A stretch of DNA of 64,000 nt from Bacteriovoracaceae bacterium (GTDB lineage Bacteria > Bdellovibrionota > Bacteriovoracia > Bacteriovoracales > Bacteriovoracaceae). The first letter of the stretch is position 1. The number at the start of each line of letters is the position of its first letter. A program made the translations under genes and the position numbers. The stretch is from assembly GCA_041586955.1 (NCBI GenBank), contig JBFGZE010000001.1, forward strand, positions 32,001 through 96,000, given 5' to 3'. This document shows positions 58,871-64,000 of the stretch, one piece after another. Below the pieces are notes generated by a model. It was given only the letters and a program-made list of their open reading frames with translations. It made no database searches and was not told the origin of the DNA.

Positions 58871-60262
58871 TTAAAACTGAAATATACCTGCTAAAATCCT
58901 TTCAGCAGTGGCCGTTTCAATATCGTCTGGAATCGCCTTACCGGTACTATAAAACATGAATGGAAGGTTTTCATATTCCCACGATAAATTAAACAATGAA
59001 CCATAATTTAAACATAAGTCTAAATGTGTAACCACAATCCCCCTACTAAGTGGGGCATAGCGATTAATCACTTTTTTATTATACAATTCAGAACAAATTG
59101 AAGAAAGACAGATCAATACTTCCACATTTTGAAAAGAGCGGTTTAACCCATCAATAAAACGTTTCGTATTTTCCATATCATTTTGATTACAATTAAAATC
59201 AACAAAGATCTGCTTTCCTGCTTCAATTCCCTTGCGAATCATTGAAACCAATTCTGAAATAGTATTTCCTTTTTCGATTTTAATATCAAAAAAGTTCTTT
59301 AATCCTTTGTAATCATTTTCTTCACCGTTGTGAATAACGATACAATCTTTCTTCATCGCCGCAATTTTCTTTATGATACTCGATTGACCAGATGACGACT
59401 CTGATAGAAATACCGTTACAATAGGACTTTCAGATTCCATTGTCGAAAACTGAGGCATGGCCAAATGAATACTTTCCATCATTTCTTTTAAACCAAACTC
59501 AAATACCTCATCCGCATTTTCTAACTGATTTTCATTTAGTTCATAAGAGCATTTTTTCATTAAAAATTGTAAGAATTGATCATTAATATCAAAGCTTTTT
59601 AATGTTGATTTTAATTGAAACAAACCTTTCGGCTCAGGACGGCTAAAGGCTTCCATTTTTTGGGTTAAAGAAAAAATCTTCTGCTCGAGAAGGTCAATTT
59701 TTTCGAGATGAGAATTATCTGGGCGAGTAAACGTGTCATTCGCCACTTTGTCTTCTAATTGATAGTTTTGATGGGGTGGTTCCGCAGTCTCAAGCACTGC
59801 CTCTTGCCGATGATAGTTGCTTGCTTCAACCTTCTCCTCAGGTCCAAGAAAATCATCTAATTGGCTCTGTCCCATGACATCAGAAGCCTGTTCTTGCATA
59901 TCATTTCTTTTGACAGGCCTATTAAGCCCCATTTTTCCGTAATCATTATTGGATGCTGTAAAGCGAGAGGTTTTCTCATCCTGATGTTGGTGATAATTAT
60001 CAATCATATTTGAAATAAAATTCGATGAGCCTGAGTAAAACTCATCCTTTTGACCATTATCCAATATCGCGTCGACTTTTGCTTTTTTAGTGTAGTTCTT
60101 CTCAGAAATAGCAGCCGTGATTTCAATCCGATTTTTTTTAAATGCACCCTTAATGCCTTTATTAGAAACAGTTTTAAGGATAATAGCATCAGGACCCAAT
60201 TCTTGCTTTATCGCCTTGAGCGCCTCTTCCATGGAATCTGCTTCAAATTTTCTTACATACAT
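58871..60262 (-). CDS. flhF: FlhF homologue with degenerate GTPase motifs
   Basis: N-terminal FEADSMEEAL..IK.ELGPDAIIL and C-terminal STGKAIPDDIE; syntenic position. Confidence 0.85.
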   Translation of the reverse strand: MYVRKFEADSMEEALKAIKQELGPDAIILKTVSNKGIKGAFKKNRIEITAAISEKNYTKKAKVDAILDNGQKDEFYSGSSNFISNMIDNYHQHQDEKTSRFTASNNDYGKMGLNRPVKRNDMQEQASDVMGQSQLDDFLGPEEKVEASNYHRQEAVLETAEPPHQNYQLEDKVANDTFTRPDNSHLEKIDLLEQKIFSLTQKMEAFSRPEPKGLFQLKSTLKSFDINDQFLQFLMKKCSYELNENQLENADEVFEFGLKEMMESIHLAMPQFSTMESESPIVTVFLSESSSGQSSIIKKIAAMKKDCIVIHNGEENDYKGLKNFFDIKIEKGNTISELVSMIRKGIEAGKQIFVDFNCNQNDMENTKRFIDGLNRSFQNVEVLICLSSICSELYNKKVINRYAPLSRGIVVTHLDLCLNYGSLFNLSWEYENLPFMFYSTGKAIPDDIETATAERILAGIFQF

Positions 60263-60263
60263 A

Positions 60264-62339
60264 CTATAGCCTCACCGTTCCTAGAGATCTAATATTAGAT
60301 TCAGGACTTAATTCATTATGACTTACAACAACAAGATTGGGGATAAATTTTTCTGTCAACTTCTTAAAATGACTTCGAATGACCGGAGAACACAAGATCA
60401 CCATCTTCTCACCAATACTTGTAGCTTCTTCAATTTTTTCATTCAGAGACGCTAAAATAGACTGGGTTACCTTGGGATCAAGTGATAACTCCTGCCCCTT
60501 TTCTGTTTGAATAAGGTTTTGAGCAATAGACTCCTCAATGGCACGATCAAGAGTAAATAGAGGAATATCATTTCGCTCACCCTTGATACTTTCAGTAATA
60601 GTTCTATATAAGGACTGTCTGACTAATTCCGTCAACGTGTCAGGGTCTTTAATAGAAGGACCGTATTCCGCCAATGTCTCTAAAACAGTTCGCAAATCGC
60701 GAACTGAGACATTTTCTTTTAAAAGGTTCTGTAATACTTTTAAAACCTGCCCCATGGTTAAAATATCAGGCACAAGATCTGAAACAATTTTAGGATTATC
60801 CTCTTTAAAATTGTCCATTACACGTACTAACTCCTGACGCCCAAATAGCTCATGAAGATTTGATTTGAGGACTTCTGTGATATGCGTCGCGATCACAGTA
60901 GATAAATCGACCACAGTATAACCATTATACTGAGCATCTTCTTTTTGATCCTCCGATATCCAGACCGCCGGAAGCCCAAACACTGGCTCGACAGTTTCGA
61001 TTCCATCGATTTTTTCAATAACTGAGCCAGGATCCATGGCCATAAGATGATCTGTCATCAATTCACCATTTGAAATTTCAATGCCTTTTATTTTAATACT
61101 ATATCCACCAGGCCTTAATTCTAAATTATCTTTAATTCTAACAGATGGGATAATAACACCCCAATCTAAAGCAAACTGCTTTCTTATATGAGTTATTCGC
61201 TCAAGTAAGTCTCCATTTTGATCTGTATCAACTAAGTTGACCAGGCCATAGCCCACTTCTAGCTCTACTAATTCTAAAGATAATAAATCTTCGAGATTCT
61301 CAGGTTTGGCATTCTTAGCATCCTCAACCTTTTTAACAGCACTTTCTTTATCGTGAGTGTTAATTGCCTCAATCTTATAGGCAGCTGCCGATAAAATAAC
61401 TCCCATCGTAATAAAAGGGTACTTGGGTAGACCAGGAATCATAGAAAAGACAAAAAGAATAGCTCCGGCCATATACATCGCTTTAGGATGTAACCTAAAT
61501 TGTTTACCAACTTGCTCTCCCAGAGCATCGTCATTTGTATTTCTTGTGGCGATGACACCAGCTGCCGTGGAAATAATAAGAGCGGGGATTTGAGAAATTA
61601 GTCCATCCCCGACTGTTAAAAGAGTAAATGTTTCAGCAGCGGTTGATAAATCCATATCATTTTGGACAACCCCAACAATGATACCGCCAATAATATTAGT
61701 AATTGTAATAAGAATACCTGCAATGGCATCTCCACGAACAAACTTACTGGCACCATCCATCGAACCGTAAAAGTCAGCTTCAGCTGAAACTTCACGTCTT
61801 CTTATTTTCGCCTCACTTTCATCAATGAGACCTGCATTTAAATCAGCATCAATCGCCATTTGTTTACCAGGCATCGCATCCAAGGTAAAACGTGCAGCAA
61901 CTTCAGCGACTCGACCAGCACCTTTTGTAATAACCATAAAGTTAATGATGACGAGAATAATAAATACGATAATACCAACGACATAATTCCCTTCAACCAC
62001 AAACTCACCAAAGCTGCGGATAATATCCCCTGCTGCTTGAGTACCGTCTGTTCCTCCTCGTAAAAGGATGTTCCGCGTAGATGCAACATTAAGAGATAAC
62101 CTGAATAATGTTGTAATCAAAAGAACTGATGGAAAAGTTGAGAAATCCAATGGACGCTTGGTATAGACAGAAATGAGAAGAATAACCACAGAGACCGATA
62201 ACATCAAGGCCAAAAGAAAGTCGAGCAGCATTGGAGGAATGGGCGTAATCATGACACCAACAACCATCAACAAGGCGATTGTGACGGCCAAATCCGAATT
62301 GGATGTTAATGTTTTCATACGCTCTAAAATATTAGCCAT
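60264..62339 (-). CDS. flhA: Flagellar export protein FlhA
   Basis: RVAEVAARFTLDAMPGKQMAIDADL, DFYGSMDGASKFVRGD. Confidence 0.98.
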   Translation of the reverse strand: MANILERMKTLTSNSDLAVTIALLMVVGVMITPIPPMLLDFLLALMLSVSVVILLISVYTKRPLDFSTFPSVLLITTLFRLSLNVASTRNILLRGGTDGTQAAGDIIRSFGEFVVEGNYVVGIIVFIILVIINFMVITKGAGRVAEVAARFTLDAMPGKQMAIDADLNAGLIDESEAKIRRREVSAEADFYGSMDGASKFVRGDAIAGILITITNIIGGIIVGVVQNDMDLSTAAETFTLLTVGDGLISQIPALIISTAAGVIATRNTNDDALGEQVGKQFRLHPKAMYMAGAILFVFSMIPGLPKYPFITMGVILSAAAYKIEAINTHDKESAVKKVEDAKNAKPENLEDLLSLELVELEVGYGLVNLVDTDQNGDLLERITHIRKQFALDWGVIIPSVRIKDNLELRPGGYSIKIKGIEISNGELMTDHLMAMDPGSVIEKIDGIETVEPVFGLPAVWISEDQKEDAQYNGYTVVDLSTVIATHITEVLKSNLHELFGRQELVRVMDNFKEDNPKIVSDLVPDILTMGQVLKVLQNLLKENVSVRDLRTVLETLAEYGPSIKDPDTLTELVRQSLYRTITESIKGERNDIPLFTLDRAIEESIAQNLIQTEKGQELSLDPKVTQSILASLNEKIEEATSIGEKMVILCSPVIRSHFKKLTEKFIPNLVVVSHNELSPESNIRSLGTVRL

Positions 62340-63435
62340 TTATATTCCTTCCATCTAATAAATTTTCTTTCCGCTTTCTGCGTAAACGATAAACAAACGC
62401 CAAGACCTCGGCGACGGCCTTATAGAGGTTACGAGGCACAGGCTCGCCAATCTTTACCGTTTTATACATGGCACGTGCCAAAGGAACATTTTCAACGAGT
62501 GGAATATTATGCTCTTGTGCCATTTCTCTAATTTTTAAAGCGACATTATCCTTGCCCTTGGCCACAACCTGAGGCGAGACCATAGTTAATGTATCGTACT
62601 TGAGTGCAACGGAGATATGGGTTGGATTGGTAACAATAACATCTGCAGTCGGAACATCTGCCATCATTCGTTTTTGCGACATTTCTCTTTGAATAGCGCG
62701 AATTCTCTGCTTGATTTCAGGATTACCATCTTGCTCTTTTGATTCTTTTTTAACCTCTTCCTTTGTCATCATTAGTTTTTTTCGATAACTAAATTTCTGG
62801 TAAGCAAAGTCTCCTAAGGCGACGACCACCAACCCAATGACAATATAAATGGCCAATTTGATCAGAATATCTTTTCCATGAAAAAAAGATGACACTAAAT
62901 CAGAGTGAAAGAATCCTTGGTAGCTATTGAGTTCATCACTAACGAAGAAATAAACAATACACATAATGATGGCAAATTTAAAAATCCCCTTCACTGCTTC
63001 AAATAAAGAGCGTAGCGAAAATAATCTCTTGAACCCTGCAATAGGGTTAATTCTTTCAGGTTTCCAATTGAGTACCTCAGGAGAAAAGAGGAATCCTACT
63101 TGAGCAAGATTAGAAATAACACCAACACTGGCCGTGACAATAAAAATTGGCGCGGCACATTTAAGCATCACAGTTGAAGAGCGATAAACGAGTGTTTTAA
63201 AGCCCTTTTCAGTAAAGGCCTGCTCGGCCTTCAAAGTCAAAATCCAATCCAAAAAAGCAGTCATTTCTTCGTAAATATAAACAATTGAAAGTGCTAGCGT
63301 AAGAATTGACGCGGCCAAGACAAGAACACTTGTCAACTCTTTTGAAGAAGCGACTTCACCCTTTTTACGGGACTCATCAATACGATGAGCGGTCGGTTCT
63401 TCTGTTTTTTCTTGGTCGGAACTTTCGTCTGCCAT
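62332..63435 (-). CDS. flhB: Flagellar export protein FlhB
   Basis: EKTEEPT, NPTH autocleavage site, PLARAMY. Confidence 0.97.
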   Translation of the reverse strand: MADESSDQEKTEEPTAHRIDESRKKGEVASSKELTSVLVLAASILTLALSIVYIYEEMTAFLDWILTLKAEQAFTEKGFKTLVYRSSTVMLKCAAPIFIVTASVGVISNLAQVGFLFSPEVLNWKPERINPIAGFKRLFSLRSLFEAVKGIFKFAIIMCIVYFFVSDELNSYQGFFHSDLVSSFFHGKDILIKLAIYIVIGLVVVALGDFAYQKFSYRKKLMMTKEEVKKESKEQDGNPEIKQRIRAIQREMSQKRMMADVPTADVIVTNPTHISVALKYDTLTMVSPQVVAKGKDNVALKIREMAQEHNIPLVENVPLARAMYKTVKIGEPVPRNLYKAVAEVLAFVYRLRRKRKENLLDGRNING

Positions 63436-63442
63436 TTAATCC

Positions 63443-64000
63443 TCAAACAATAAATTGGAACCATTCGCCCAATTTCTCGACATAAATCCTAAAAGCTGTG
63501 TGGAAAAATTCTTGTGAAGAGCTGGCAAAGACCATTAGGCCTAAACCAATGTTCACAACAAAGCTCACCATAATAATATTCATTTGGGGAACCGTCCGTG
63601 CAACAATTCCCAAAACAGTCATAATTAACATATTCATAAAGATCATCGGTGATGACAATAAAAGTGCTGACAAAAATATTGATTTAAACAAATGCAAAAA
63701 GAAGTGAGCAAGGTTTGTTCCGTTGGCCATACTTCCTGGAGAAATGGTCGAAAAACTCGTAAAAACACCTTTCATCATAGGAATCAAAGCACCTGACGAA
63801 ATAATCATAATAAGAACAGTCCAGCTTATTATTTTTTCAAAAGGACCAACCTGTTGTGACGTACTAGGATCGAAATAGCGAACCGCACCGAAACCTACTT
63901 GTTGAGTGATAATTGAACCTGCAGAAGTAAAAATTGTTAGGATGGACTTCACCAGAAAACCTATCACCAAGCCAATGAGGGTAAAATAAATGGTCAAAAG
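63443..64000 (-). CDS. fliR: Flagellar export protein FliR, C-terminal part; gene starts beyond the window
   Basis: AG.II..QVGF....FDP, RTVPQMNI; directly upstream of flhB. Confidence 0.9.
   Translation of the reverse strand, partial: LLTIYFTLIGLVIGFLVKSILTIFTSAGSIITQQVGFGAVRYFDPSTSQQVGPFEKIISWTVLIMIISSGALIPMMKGVFTSFSTISPGSMANGTNLAHFFLHLFKSIFLSALLLSSPMIFMNMLIMTVLGIVARTVPQMNIIMVSFVVNIGLGLMVFASSSQEFFHTAFRIYVEKLGEWFQFIV

Overview
AT-rich, densely coding bacterial chromosome segment. Gene content and order point to a predatory Bdellovibrionota (Bacteriovorax/Halobacteriovorax-like) organism; this is inferred, not searched. Most of the window is core genome: rho-prfA-prmC-murA, yqgF-mltG, dksA, lnt, kdsD, a pantothenate/CoA operon (ilvC-like, panB, coaX, coaBC, panC, hflX), rpsA, an envelope operon (ybeY, prfB, lolC/E, lolD, bamA, skp, lpxD, fabZ, lpxA, gnnA-like, lpxB, lpxK), mazG-coaE, and the flagellar block fliR-flhB-flhA-flhF-flhG-fliA. 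I found no CRISPR array, tRNA, rRNA or mobile element. Best leads: (1) a sigma54-driven pair of secreted proteins, a putative His-Cys protease and a partner with a five-fold Pro/Arg repeat; (2) an in-frame MurA-HIT fusion; (3) a lipoprotein gene interrupted by one in-frame TGA; (4) FlhF with all GTPase motifs degenerate; (5) recurring GGA-loop hairpins of the CsrA/RsmA type at translation starts; (6) two small membrane-peptide ORFs missing from the ORF track, one behind a sigma28-like promoter; (7) an IlvC paralogue probably acting as ketopantoate reductase; (8) a chemoreceptor-like protein lacking the signalling tip.
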